The notes: generated by a model not told the origin, from the sequence alone. A DNA stretch of 64,000 nucleotides from Lepidodermella squamata (GCA_047495785.1 JBLDXI010000064.1:620001-684000), one strand, 5' to 3'. Shown: positions 49,621 through 62,209, counted from the first letter of the stretch. Program-made: numbers and translations.

Positions 49621-50173
49621 CACATTCGGTGCGGAGGATTTTGCGAAAAAACTCTAAGTCCTAACTTTTCGAAATTCAAGTGTCATTTGGTCAATTCAGA
49701 TGCGAGAAAACGCTAGAAACGGTTATTTGGGTCACCAGATGCGTCCATAAGAGAATATTACGTAATTTTGACACAGAGCAATTTTGATACACCCGTGTGT
49801 CAATCGCATTTTAGGAAAGGGCGTTTTATGGAAAATCTCAGTCTTCTGCTGAAAAGCATATTTTGCGATTGTGTGAATGCCCACACGTATCATGGAGAAT
49901 TTTTATTTAAGTAGCAGCTTTAGTGACGAAGACCGTTACCCGTTCGATGAGACTTGCCCTCGTCAGCGCCATCTGATGATTAGGGACTTCTTCGAGAACG
50001 ATTTTTTTTGAATAAAATCGTTGAATGTAGACGCGAGAAGCATTAATTCCGGGTTTCAGAGGTTACAGCTAGTTAGAATAAGCTAATTGTTACTTTTGAC
50101 ACACTGGTGTGTCATCCGCACCGAAGCCTAAATTAGTCAGTGACACACCGGTGTGTCATCCGCACGGAATGTG
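49621..50173. mobile_element. Non-autonomous TTAA-targeting (piggyBac-like) element in the 5' UTR of locus C
   Basis: TTAA|CACATTCGGTGCGGA..TCCGCACGGAATGTG. The empty site AACTTTAACAAGAAAACTG is visible at locus E (59011-59029). Internal palindromes TGACACACCGGTGTGTCA. The right TSD is degenerate (AAAA). Confidence 0.75.
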
Positions 50174-51251
50174 AAAACAAGAAAACTGAACTATCAAATC
50201 TTGCTCGTTTGTTAAATGCTAATACGTGTTTTTGTTTATTCGCTCAAGTATTTTTCCTATATTAGGTTTCAACTCGTGTTTTTTCTTGTTTTGTATAATA
50301 TTGATGCAATGCTTGAGTAACAGCTTATTCAGAGTCTTTGCCGACAACTTTCCATTAACGAAGCAGCCCACTCGCAGATTGAAAAGATTCAGTTAGGAAA
50401 CTTGAATTGCAAGGATGATCAGTCGCGGAGCACCGCGGCAACTGTCAGCAGAAGCTGAAATATTTGCCCTTCTTCTCGCGGCCTGGAAACCGCAACTCGA
50501 GACGCATGTTCGAACTTATTGCGAATTTTACTTGCAGATAGAAAGAGCACTGTGCTTTTAGAAGTTTAAACGAGAGAGAAATCAGTAGACCGAGGAATTT
50601 CGGATTGATCGAATTGAGATCGAATAAAGATCTATTTACTATGATCGTGGAAATTACGTATTACTGGCGTATTACTGGTGTTAACCTTGCCACGGGGGGA
50701 TTTGATGAAACAATAAATAATATTATTATTATTAGTTAGCAAAGAAGAAATTATGTAAGGAGCTCACCAAATCGTAGGCGGGAGACAGGTCTGGGAACAT
50801 TCAGTGCAGCCTGTAGCAATTGAGCAAAAATGCTCAACGGATATTTATTATTATTTTTATTTATTATCGTGGCTTAATAAGAAAGTGAGGGCTCGGATTC
50901 TAATTCTGTCCACTCGCGAATAATGGTTGAGATGCACCTTGAATCATAATCGCATCAAGATGATAAATGAATCAAATGCAAAGCACTGACCATGTTTTTA
51001 CTGCAGATCATGCTTGCCGCATTTATAAGTTCACGAAGTTTTGCCGTGAAAGCCTCGTAAAACTGCGGCAAACTTTGTGCTATGCGTTAATCATTTTTCT
51101 TCATGGCTTGAGTGCAAACTGTGAAAGGAGCATGAAAGAAAGAAATAACATGTTGCAATCGCAGCACATAAGGGATATGTCACAAAGTATACAGACAACA
51201 AGAAAATCCATCTCCGTTTCATCTGAACGATCACCATCTCTTTTGGCTTTG

Positions 51252-54200
51252 TCAGCAGGAAGACTGCCCTCGACTTACTCCTCGCGACCTAAGCAGAACG
51301 GCCGTACGGGATTCGTTGCCAAAGACGCAAATCGCGATATCGAGCGCTGTCCGGCCTAGATAATCTCTAGCATCCTTATTTGCACCTCTGTCAAGCAACA
51401 GTGGAACTACTTCGCCTGGCCAATTCGAAGCCGCACGAATCAACGCCGTTGAGCCATTGATATCCTTGGCCTCGATAGCTGCGTTGCGATCTAGCAACAG
51501 TCGAGCTACTTCGACTCGGCCAAAATGAGCCGCCAACATCAACGCCGTCTCGCCAACTACGTCCATGGCCTCGATATCAGCGTTGCGATCCAGCAACAGT
51601 CGAGCTACTTCGAGTCGCCCATATGAAGCCGCCAACATCAACGCAGTCTGGCCATTATTAGTCTTGGCTTCGAGGGCAGCGTTACGATCCAACAACAGGC
51701 GAGCTGCTCTGACTTGCCCATTCCTAGCCGCATACATGAACGCCGTCTCGCCAACTACGTCCCTGGCCTCGATGGCAGCGTTGCGATCTAGCAACAGTCC
51801 TACTACATCGACTTTCCCTAACAAAGCCGCAATCATCAAAGCCGTCGTCCCATCTTTATCCTTAGCATCAATGGTTGCGTTGCGTTCAAGCAACAGTCGA
51901 ACCACTGCGGCATTCCCTGACACAGTCGCAATTATCAACGCAGTCTTGCCATTTTTAACCTTAGCATCAATGGTAGCGTTGCGTTCAAGGAACAATCGAA
52001 CGACATCGACTAAGCCATTCGAAGCCGCAATCATCAAAGCCGTCGTCCCTTCATTATCCGTGGCATCGATGGTAGCGTTGCGTTCAAGCAACAGTCGAAC
52101 CATTTCGACGTACCCCTTCGATGCAGCCAACATCAACGCTGTCCAGCCAACGTCATTCTTGGAGTCAATAGCAGCGGGGTTGCGGTCAAGCAACAGTCCA
52201 ACTACGTCGACTCTCTCATTTGCAACCGCAATCTCCAGTGTCGTCCTGTCAAGTCTATCCTTCGTCTCGATGGTAGCGTTGTGATCAAGCAGCAGTCGAA
52301 CTAGTTCGATGTAACCATCCTCAGCCGCAAACATCAACGCCGTCCAACCTAGTGAATCAGACTTGATATCCACATCAGCACCATGATCTTCAATCAACAG
52401 TTGCGCTATTTGCACTCGCTTGTCTGATTGCGTCCGATTGTAACATATGACACTGTGAAGCAGCGGGCTATTCGTCATATCCCGTAACAGTGAATATTTT
52501 TCCCAAGAATCGCAGAGAACCCGCTCTGGGTTGCGCCAGTTCGGGTTGAAGTTACCGCCAGTGGCATTGTCGATGTCCGCTATCAGTTGCTTCACCAGCG
52601 CCACGTCTTCCGCCTCGGCTGTTGCGTTCCAAAGCCTCTCGTATGCTGTGCGAATCTAAATGCAAAACACAGAAGGATAGATTCCACATCAGCAATGGAA
52701 AGGTGGTCCGATAATACACTGGGAGGCCCAGCGACGTGATTCAGTAAAAATGAACGTGGTTTGAGTCTTGAAGCTGGGGTGTCGCCTGTACTTCGCACCC
52801 TCCTCCTGAGGCAGCCGCATTTTTTGAAATGCGACGATACCCGAGCCTTGACAGTATTAACAGCGCACGAACCAGAATACAGATGATTAAGGGTAGAATT
52901 TATCCTTACAAAATGCAATTAAAAAATCAGCAACAGACATCGATCTATTTGTGAATATGTAGCAACTTACAGATGGTGTCTCTATGACAACGCAAGAACC
53001 AGGCTGCGACCAGGCTGAGTTCGATAGGCACGATATGGCAGCATTTCCTTGAATCTCGAAGTTTTCATTACATGATATGGTTCGGGTGGCTCCGAAGCTT
53101 GATGGACCAGGAGATATTTTGCCGTTTCGGATCGTGGGAACAGTACCGCAGCCTTAACAGACACATTCGGAGGAGAGTTAGCTACAATAATTAAAAATGA
53201 TTAAAACTATTACTTACCTACAGGGTTGCATCTTCCATTTATCAGTGGTTGAAATGGAGACAGGCACGTTGCAGTTGAGACAGATGAGGAGTACTCGTAA
53301 CCAGGGTTGCATTGAACTCTCACCACGCCTCCTTTTTCAACAACTGTCCCAGGCATTAGAACTGACCCAGTATTTGCTGGGTTCACTCGGGTGACATAAC
53401 CCGCCGTTACGCTTGGTACAGGACAGGACTGGACTGATGGGCTGCTGCTCTGTAGACCTGTGTTGTTCGCAATCCAATCGAGAACCTTGCAGACTCTGAT
53501 GTAGATGCTGGGCAATCCTGCTATGCACGAATCGCCATTATTCGAGTTTATGCCCAGTAAATAAGTCCTATTTGATTTCGAGCACATGAGTGGACTTCCG
53601 GAATCGCCGAAGCAGGCGCCTCTGTCATCGGCGGCTAAACACATTTGGGAGTCGGTGATAGAGAACGGATATGGGATGGAATACGGGATGCTGGAATACT
53701 CCTGCGAGCAATTTGCGTAGGACCTAACATGAAGATTAAGTTTCCTCGGGATCTTGGATCTAGGCCGGGCTGAAATACGAAAAAAACAGAAATAAGGCTA
53801 TAAATCACCTCCAACTACGCAGACACATGCACCGCGGTCCTCTTTTTCCCTCCCATGTTTGTTGTCCTATCCCAGTATGCTAGTCTTGGATTAAGGAGCT
53901 GCCAAAATGACTAGTGATTTCAAAATATAAATTCTGAATATTTTCATCTAGATCACAGTCCGGTCTGGCCGAGCTATGGGTGATAGATAATAGCCCCCAT
54001 GATCGTCGCACACTGTCCTATCTTTAAAATCCAAGGAAATCACTGGCCTCTTGGTCTGAATGCATGACGTTCGTGGTGCGGAAGAATCAGCACTTCCTCT
54101 TTTGCTTGAGTACTGGTTCTTCCGCCCCACGAATTATGAGGCCTGATACGTATGCCTTTAGAAAATATCACATACTGTATTCAAAACGACCCCAGCCAAC

Positions 54201-54864
54201 CGCGACAGCTGACTCGCATCCATCAATTGAATTTGCGGTGTAAGAATTTGTTCGGCACATGGTGGCCGCGTCAGGCAAACAAATCGGTTTGATCTGCGGC
54301 GTGAATCTAGGCAGCGGCCTTTTCAATCGCAAGAGGGCAAAATCAAAATCAGGTAAATTCTGATTTCTGTTGTATAGCGGATGCAGCAAAGGCGGTATCG
54401 AGACGAAAGATTCATATGATCCTCCCTTCGAGCGATCACTGATATCATGGTGGCCTAGCATTGCTATGATCCTGTTCAATCAAACACAGAATCGCCAAGA
54501 GGGTAAATTTATTAAAACACTCACGAAATAGGTGGTGTCTTTCCGGCATTCGAAACGCATTGAGCTGCTGTTATCAGCCATTGCTTCGAGATGAGGGAAG
54601 CTCCACAGTAAGACGGTGATGTTTCACCGCTTCTGTATATTTCAAGGAAGACCTTGAATGTAAATCTAGTTATTGTTGAATGAATCTATATTTCGAATGC
54701 AAACATACCAGCCACGGGTATGCGTTGGGCTCTATTGGTTGACTTCCTGGCTGGCTTGATTCTGCATCAGGATGAGTGGAGATCGAAGCACCGCATTCAA
54801 GATCGTCTTGAGCAACGACCAGGCCCGATGCCAGCCCGATTGCAATTGCTAAGTGGAGATTCAT
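51252..54864 (-). CDS. Locus D: predicted secreted SP + trypsin-like pseudoprotease (His to Gln) + 2 CCP + Cys-capped ankyrin(10) protein, ~905 aa, 6 exons
   Basis: Exons 54864-54709, 54652-54525, 54471-54176, 53769-53218, 53152-52971, 52655-51252 form one open frame of 2718 nt. Motifs YPWL, CGASLISKQWLITAAQC, DFALLRL, PICLP, VGWG, CFGDSGSPL; two CCP modules; then IRTAYERLWNAT and the ANK repeats. Confidence 0.82.
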
Positions 54865-56522
54865 TTTGAAAATTAAACAAGAAAACTGAGCCAGAACAAC
54901 GAAGAATTTCCTCTTGCACGTGTACGCTTGTTCACGTTCTACGTGTTTTTTTCTTATTAATTAGTTTTCAACTCGTGTTTTTTCTTGTTTTTTAATATTG
55001 ATGTAATGCATGAGTAATAAATTATTCAGATCCTTTGTTGACAAATCCCGCTCGCAGATCGAAAACATCCGCTTACGAAACCTGAATAGTAAAGATGCAT
55101 AAGATAACAACTCCTGTGCCTCACTTCGCGCGCTCAGTGCAACTCGGCGGGCATTGCAGTCGAACGATTGAGAAATCGAGAAAGGCTTTTCGTTAACCTT
55201 AAGCGTCGTTAACCAAGTAAACGTCTACGCGGGTGAAATCGTAGTGTTTGTAGTGCTGTTGTTCACTGGTAGTCATCGGGTCACCGGGCTAAGAACTGCT
55301 ATGATCTCGAGCTATTCCGCGCTTTCCACTGAGCAAACCTTGTTAAGCTCAGCTGAAATCAGCTGCGCTATTGGGATTAATTTTTCAGCTGCTATATCCT
55401 ATAGTCCAACTAGATTCCAGAGAGAAACTCCGAAAATATCTTCAGGAGTATTCTTGAGTTACGGCAGCTTCAGCTCTCAGGTATTTAGAATAAGCTTGCA
55501 GGAGGTCAGAGACTTGGAGAGATGGCTCAAGATCTCCCCTGAGGTGCTACTAAGACACCAAAGGGGCAAAAAGGCGACAACGTACTTCACACACCTATCC
55601 TTCATTGCCATCGAGCTACCTCATGAGAACGCCATGGAACGGTGAGGCATGACGTTTTATTTATTTATGTATTTTGAAGTTATTACACCCAAGAGAGGCA
55701 GCTCGACAATGTTGCGGAAAACAATATATAATTGCAGGGCAGGTTCAGATTTAGGACAGGAAAGGTGTAGTAGGAGAAGACAACAAGTTATAGGCCGTAA
55801 CAGAGAATAATAGGACAAAAACAATGTATAAGCAAAAAAATATAATGGGCAGAAAAATACATTCAACAAAATTGATCACTGAGATAATTTAGCGGCATTT
55901 TATCCACGACAGTACTGATAAACAGCCTCGCGACATGCTTCGGCGGATTGGGCTTGTTGTTCCTTCAGAGGAAGCTGTTTCCGAAAATCGGGCCCTCGGT
56001 AACCCAGGCTCATCGTACCGCGCAGGAAATCGACGATCGGTTTGATGTTGCTCATCAAACGAACGAAACACTTGCTTATTCTGTAAGTAAACACACGTCT
56101 GTAAAGAAATCATTTTTTATGATTTAAGCAATCTTGGATGGGTCAGAATACAGAAACCAGAAACACTTTTCTTGTACGAATGACTGTATGAATCGAGGTT
56201 CCGCAGGAACCGAAGATGAATACAGTCATGAGGCTGTCACTGTAGTCAGTCAGCAGGCGCTACTACTTACTAACAGTCAAGCAATCGATAACATTTGTTG
56301 AAATTGCTAGAGCATTTCAAGAGATCTTTTAATATTTCGCATTAAGTTTTCAGTTGGAAGTGGACCTGTTGTGTAGGCCATTGAGATAGAAGAACAATTG
56401 TAATCAACACATACATTAGGGAAATGTCATTAAGTATACAAATAATCAGATAATCATCATCCATCTCCGCTATCAGTGAATGCCGCCGAGCGCTGTTGTG
56501 CTTGTCAGCAGGAAGACTTCGC

Positions 56523-59005
56523 TTAACCTGCTCCTCGCGATCGCAGAAGACCGGCCGTAGCGGAGTCGTAGCCAAACATGCGAACCGCCAAATCAAGCGC
56601 AGTCTTGCCATCCTTGTTTCTTATATCCCTGTTTGCACCTCTATCAAGCAGCAGTCTCACAACAGGGACAAACCCTTGGGCGGCCGTCAACGTCAACGCC
56701 GTTTCGCCATCGTTATCCTTCGCGTCGATGGTAGCGTTGCGATCTAGCAACAGTTGAAGTACTTCGAGGCGCCCCATCCTAGCCGCAATTATCAACGCAG
56801 TCTTCCCATCTTCACCCCTTGCCTCGATGGCGGCATGGTGATCCAGCAACAGACGAGCTACTTCGACATTCCCACTCCAGGCCGCCCCCATCAAAGCCGT
56901 CATCCCATCCCAACCCTTGGCCTCGACAGAAGCGTTGCGATCCAGCAACAGTCCAACAATTTCGGGGTGGCCAACTGCACACATTAACGCCGTACTGCCA
57001 TAATCATTCGTGGCGTCAATGGTAGCGTTTCGATCGAGCAACAGTTGAACTACTTCAACTTTCCCATAGATACCCGCTAGCATCAACGCCGTTAATCCAC
57101 CGCTATCCTTGGCCTCGATGTCAGCTTTGCGATCCAGTAACAGCCGAACCAAGTCGACATACCCATACTTTGCGGCCAACATCAATGCTGTCGTGTTATC
57201 TTTATCCCTGGCCTCGGTCGTGACGTTGCGATCCAGCAACAGTCGAGCTACTTCGACACGCCCATGCTCAGCCACTAGCAGCATCGCCTTCGATCCAATG
57301 TTACTCATTGAGGGGTTGCGATCCAGCAACAGTCGCACAACTTCGGCATGTCCCATCTCAGCGGCCTGTAGAATCGCCGTCTCGCCATTTTTACCCTTGG
57401 CGTCAATGGTAGCGTTGCGATCTAACAGCAAACGAACTGCTTCGACTCGCCCTTTATCAGCCGCCCATATCAGCGCAGTCTTCCCATCGTTATCCTTAGC
57501 CTCGATGTCAGCTCTGCGATCCAGCAGCAATCGAACTGCTTCGACTAGTCCATTCGCAGCCGCCCTGATCAACGGCGTCAAGCCATCTTTATCCCTGACC
57601 TCGAAAGCAGCGTTTCGATCAAGCAACAATCGAACTACTTCGGCGTGCCCTTTCGAAGCGCCCGAAATCGCCGCTGCCCGGCCCAGAATAGCCGATGCCT
57701 CGAAGGGAGACTTGCGATCTAGCCACAGGTCAACTACCATCTCAATATAGTTGACTCTTCCAGTCCCAGTTGCTAACATCAACGCCGTCTCGCCAGCGTT
57801 ATTCTCAGCCGCGATGGAAGCGTTGCGATCCAGCAGCAGTCGAACTGATTCGGACTGCCCCCGACTAGCCGCCCACATCAAAGCCGTCGTCCCATCGTTA
57901 TCCTTTGCCTCGATGGTGGCGTTGTGATCGAGCAGCAGTCGAACTACGTCGACTTGCTCATTCTCTGCTGCACGCATCAATGCCGTCCAACCATGTTTAG
58001 TCTCCACAGCATTCACATCAGCACCATGGTCCCGGATCAACAGTTGAGCTATTTGCACTCGGTCTGATTGCGTCCGATTAGAACACATGACACTGTGAAG
58101 CAGCGGGCTATTCGTCATATCCCGTAACAGAGAGTATTTCACCCAAGAATCGCAGAGAACCACACCTGGGTTGCGCCAGTTCGGATTGAAGTTACCGCCG
58201 GTGGCATTGTCGATCTCTGCAATCAGTTGCTTCGCCAGCGCCACGTCTTCCGCTTCGGCTGTTGCGTTCCACAGCCTCTCGTATGCTGTGCGAATCTGGA
58301 ATGCAAAACACAATGTAACAAAAGACGTTCAGATTGCACAGCAGGTGTCATCAAGATGAAGGCACAAGATGAAGGCGGGTATCATCGTCCCATAGAGTAT
58401 GGAAAATATTAATTCCTTACTCTTGCTTTCTTTTGCATAGGTGCAATGCTTTCTTTGCAATGCATTATGAAAAAGTGAATTTACGCATTTAAGCTTGAAG
58501 TAGAATTCACGCATGCACTTTTCCACGCTCGCCTTTGTTTCCTCCTCGCGGCGTATGTCTCCTTGGTTCCCCGGCAGCGTCAAAGACCGCTAAACAAAGG
58601 AATAAGTGGAAATGCTTCTGCGCCACAAAAGTAAGGTCCAGCGACGTGATTTCACTTGGTAACACTACACAAGCAGCTAACAACCCGGCCTAAACAATCT
58701 TGCATCCGTCTCGGCATCGTGAATTAGAAATGCGAACTTTGCAAAACCTTGCACAACCCGAAAACCCAATTAAAATGCTAAAAGCCGACATCGATCTGAT
58801 TGTGAATATGCAGCTGCAGCTAACAGAGGACAGAAGGTGATTCTCTTAAAACGCGAGAACCATGCTGCTATTTTGAATCGAAACTTACCAGCCAGGTTGC
58901 TTCGACTTGTTGACTGCCTGGATCGTTTGATTCTGCAGCAGCAGTGGAGATCAACGCAACCAGGCCTGATGCCAGTCCAAGAAAAGCGATTGAGAGGAGA
59001 CGCAT
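56523..59005 (-). CDS. Locus E: predicted secreted ankyrin(14) protein, ~629 aa
   Basis: Exon 1 59005-58889 (signal peptide, ..EATWL|GTAAGT, phase 0). ANK exon 58295-56523 follows acceptor TTTGCATTCCAG|ATT CGC. The intron keeps a remnant of the last CCP exon end. Confidence 0.78.
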
Positions 59006-60194
59006 TTTGAAACTTTAACAAGAAAACTGAACTATCATCTAACAATTGCTTGTGTGTTACATGCTACGTGCTGTTTTTTCTCGTTCAAGTGATTTTCGTA
59101 TATTAGGTTTTAACTCGTGTTTTTTCTTGTTTTGTAATATTGATGCAATGCATGAGTAACAGCTCATTCAGAACCTTTGTACACAACTTTCCATTAAAGA
59201 AAAAGCCCACTCACAGATTGAAAATAATCCAGTTAGGAAACCTGAATAGCAAGTATGATCAGTCGCGAAGCAACGGCAACTCGCATAAGCTGACATATAT
59301 TTGCTCCTCTTCTCGCGATTAGGGCTACTCGGCAGGAAGTGCGGTCGAGCCAGCGTATCGTAGCTCGTCATCGAGCTGGAAACTGCATTCGAACTTATTG
59401 CGAATTTCACTCGCAGATGGAAAAGGCAGTGTGCTTTTAAAACTTAGAACGATAATCTAAAGTTTTGTCACCTTTTGTCCCTGTTAAATTCCGGATTGAA
59501 AGGAATTGTTGAGAATGGCTAGAATGCGCCGATTCTGTTGTGGGAGGGTGTCGCGGATTGCCAACCGTCATTTTCGTGCATCGAAATTCGTAAGAAAGGT
59601 TTGTCCGCACGCGGTGATTTAAAAGAGCTACTTTCGGAGATTGAGTCGGTTTTTATACCAAAATGAAATTCAGCAGATTGTCTATTGAATAGATATTAAT
59701 TTTTTTGGTGAAAAAATAATGGAAAACAGATTTATGTGCATATTTATTTTCGAGAATGGAGTGCGCGCAATGTGTAAGGCGCGCGTACAACTTTTTTGCT
59801 TTAATTTTCCCACGCGAGAACCCCATATTCAATCGAAAGAGGATTGTCTGAATTATTTTTTGATATAAAAACCGGTTACCAAGGTTGGATATTATAGGTC
59901 GGTTTTGCTGAGCAAATGAATCAGAGCTGGAAAACATGTAAAATTTCCTGCGAACCGATTTTCAAATTTCCTAGCAATTCCTAGCCAAAGCTAACTCTTT
60001 CCAAGCAAAGCTATGCACCTTCCGCAAATCTGAGGAATGATCTAAACAAATGTACCGGGCCATCAGGCTATTTACACAGAAATGCAGAATGATTGATAAG
60101 CTGGCTTGAAAATCCAACGTCAATTCATTAGGGGCATTCAGGGTACCAGCAAATCTATTCAGACGTTTGGCGAAAGGCTCTAAACGCACATCCG

Positions 60195-60480
60195 CCACTA
60201 ACTCGAAATTCGACCCGATAATAGGCTCGTAATATTGCGATCTTGTCGGGGATATGTCGGGGCTGATGTCAAACGGAAACCAACTATAAGAAGCTCTTCA
60301 GCCGATTCAGGAATAGACGCAGGGAAAACGGAAAGGCGATGGCAGGTGATAGGAGATCTCTAGTCAGTCACTTATTATCGAAAACGTTTGAGAAATGACA
60401 GTTTGTTTTATTCCATTCTCTAGCTTGTGAATTCTGGCCGATTTGCCTGATCGCAGGCCCAACGGCGCGAGGCGTTCATT
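60195..60480 (+). pseudogene. Degenerate partial duplicate of the promoter and 5' CDS of the 7TM gene
   Basis: CTCGAAATTCGACCCGATA, ATTCAGGAAT.GACG.AGGG, GTCAGTCACTT and GCCGATTTGCCTGA recur in the same order at ~60560-60825. Confidence 0.6.
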
Positions 60481-60721
60481 GAACAATATGTATCGGAGCC
60501 GACATCAGAGTGTTTCGGAATTGACGGATTGAACCCGCCTCTTTACTTCCGCCGGCAACTCGAAATTCGACCCGATATATGACGTCGAATCAAAGCTAGG
60601 AAACAGAATGGCTGAGCTCGAACGGAAGCCGGTAAAGCACCATCCACTCATTCAGGAATGGACGTAGGGCTCATGAAAAATTATTGTCAGTCACTTCAGT
60701 AGCATATAAGGCGTTCAAAAA

Positions 60722-62209
60722 ATGGCAAATATTTCCAACAGGACACTAACAGCGTCTTTGATGCCGTTTACGAGCTCGTGGATTCTCGCCGATTTGCCTG
60801 ACCGTGGCTTCAATGGCTCGAGGCCGTACTTCATCGGTTGGTTCCACGACTTGAGCACTCAATCGATCGCAGACCGGCTCCCTTACGCGCTGATTGTCGT
60901 CATAACGGCAGTTCTCGGAAGTCTGGCCAGCATCGCGAACGTCGCAATCTACCACCGCCGCAATGTTAAAAGAGACTTTTTGATGCTGAGCTCTCTCGTT
61001 GCTGTGAGAAACGTTCTGTGGTCCATCAACTGGTCTTACGCTGTTCTGGTGCCTTTGAAGACCGGCTTCTGGGAGGCAGGCTCAGCAGCTTGCTCTGCTG
61101 TTTATTGGAACACGGCTACACTGGGCGGCTTCGGCTGTTTCGCGAACATGCTCATCAGCTACGAGAGGCGACTGTGCGCATGCTCAACATCGCTATACCG
61201 CTCCAGTGCATCGAAAGTAAGTCTTTTCCTTGGTCAAGAAGCAACACATGAATCGGGATGCGACACTGTATTGACCTTAATTAAAGTCAACAGGAAAAAT
61301 GTCATCCTCTGTCTCGTCTTAGGCATAGAAAATATTCCCCCTTTGTTTTTCGACAAAATCTTACAAAAAACCCTCTAGTTAGAGCTGGCCATATGCAAAA
61401 ATTGATGCGCTGCATTCCTAGAGTAAATTTGAAAAATCTTCCTTCAACCTCCTTTGTAGGGCAGACATAACTATTGAATAACCAAACAGCCAGGAATTTC
61501 AATATATGTGATGTTTATTGAGCAGCTTCTTCTGCTAGCTGGTGGGCTCTTGTTACTGTGCGGCGGCTGTGCGGTGGTTTTCGTATTCGAGCCATACGAA
61601 GCGCTGTCCTATCAAAACCTAATCATCGATGGGATAGCGAACAACACGGCTGTGCCTCTTTGCGGGTCTTTCGAATACAAATTCATCGGCGAGGCAGATA
61701 CTGTCGTGCTGATCATGGCGTACTACCTCTTTGCAGTTCAAGCTTCGTCTATCGGCCTGGCCTACAACTATTGGTAGGTTTCGCAGTGTTGATATCAGTT
61801 TTATATCAGCCGGTTTGTAATTCCCAGGAGAATGTTTGCCCAAATCCGCGCTGTTCGCTTGAAATGGCGAGAGACGTCAACGATCGAGGAGAAGTGGCAA
61901 AAGCGCGAAGTTTTTATCGCGAAACAGTCGATCGCTGCTTTTTTGGTGTACAACGCATTCCATCTGCCATTGGCTGTTCATTTCGCCCTCCAGCTAGGTT
62001 ATGTTGATCTCGGGCCGCGATTCGCCTCTGGCAACCTCATAAAGTACGGCCACGTGTGTTTGCTGGTCGAGATGGTTGTTTCATCAGTGATCAGATCGCT
62101 GAAACTAGGATTCACCCGCAACTTGCCGTGGCTTGGCTCTTCTCGTCGCATCAAAGTCGCGCCGTCAAGTGGCAACAGCAGCAGTACTCAAACCGCGATA
62201 GTTCGGTGA
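60722..62209 (+). CDS. Divergent rhodopsin-like 7TM receptor (possible chemoreceptor), 3 exons, ~374 aa
   Basis: Exons 60722-61216, 61526-61773, 61828-62209. About seven hydrophobic segments, a TM1 Asn (IANV), a Cys at the top of TM3, an SYERR (DRY-like) motif and an ECL2 Cys (VPLCG). Confidence 0.75.

Noticed and set aside
52592-52918. 108-aa ORF between the CCP and ankyrin exons of D
   Set aside because: Not in phase with the donor, not conserved in B or E, and it crosses the ankyrin acceptor out of frame.
52982-53181. Alternative acceptor TTGTAG giving ORF 52982-53164 and ending gene D before the ankyrin exon
   Set aside because: It would need a 36-nt intron, shorter than others here, and reads the CCP out of frame. 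The AAG acceptor at 53153 gives a proper CCP with the same 182-nt length as in locus B.
55244-56113. Short ORFs and a poly(TAAA)-ended tail between loci D and E
   Set aside because: Probably retroelement debris, but no diagnostic motif supports a call.
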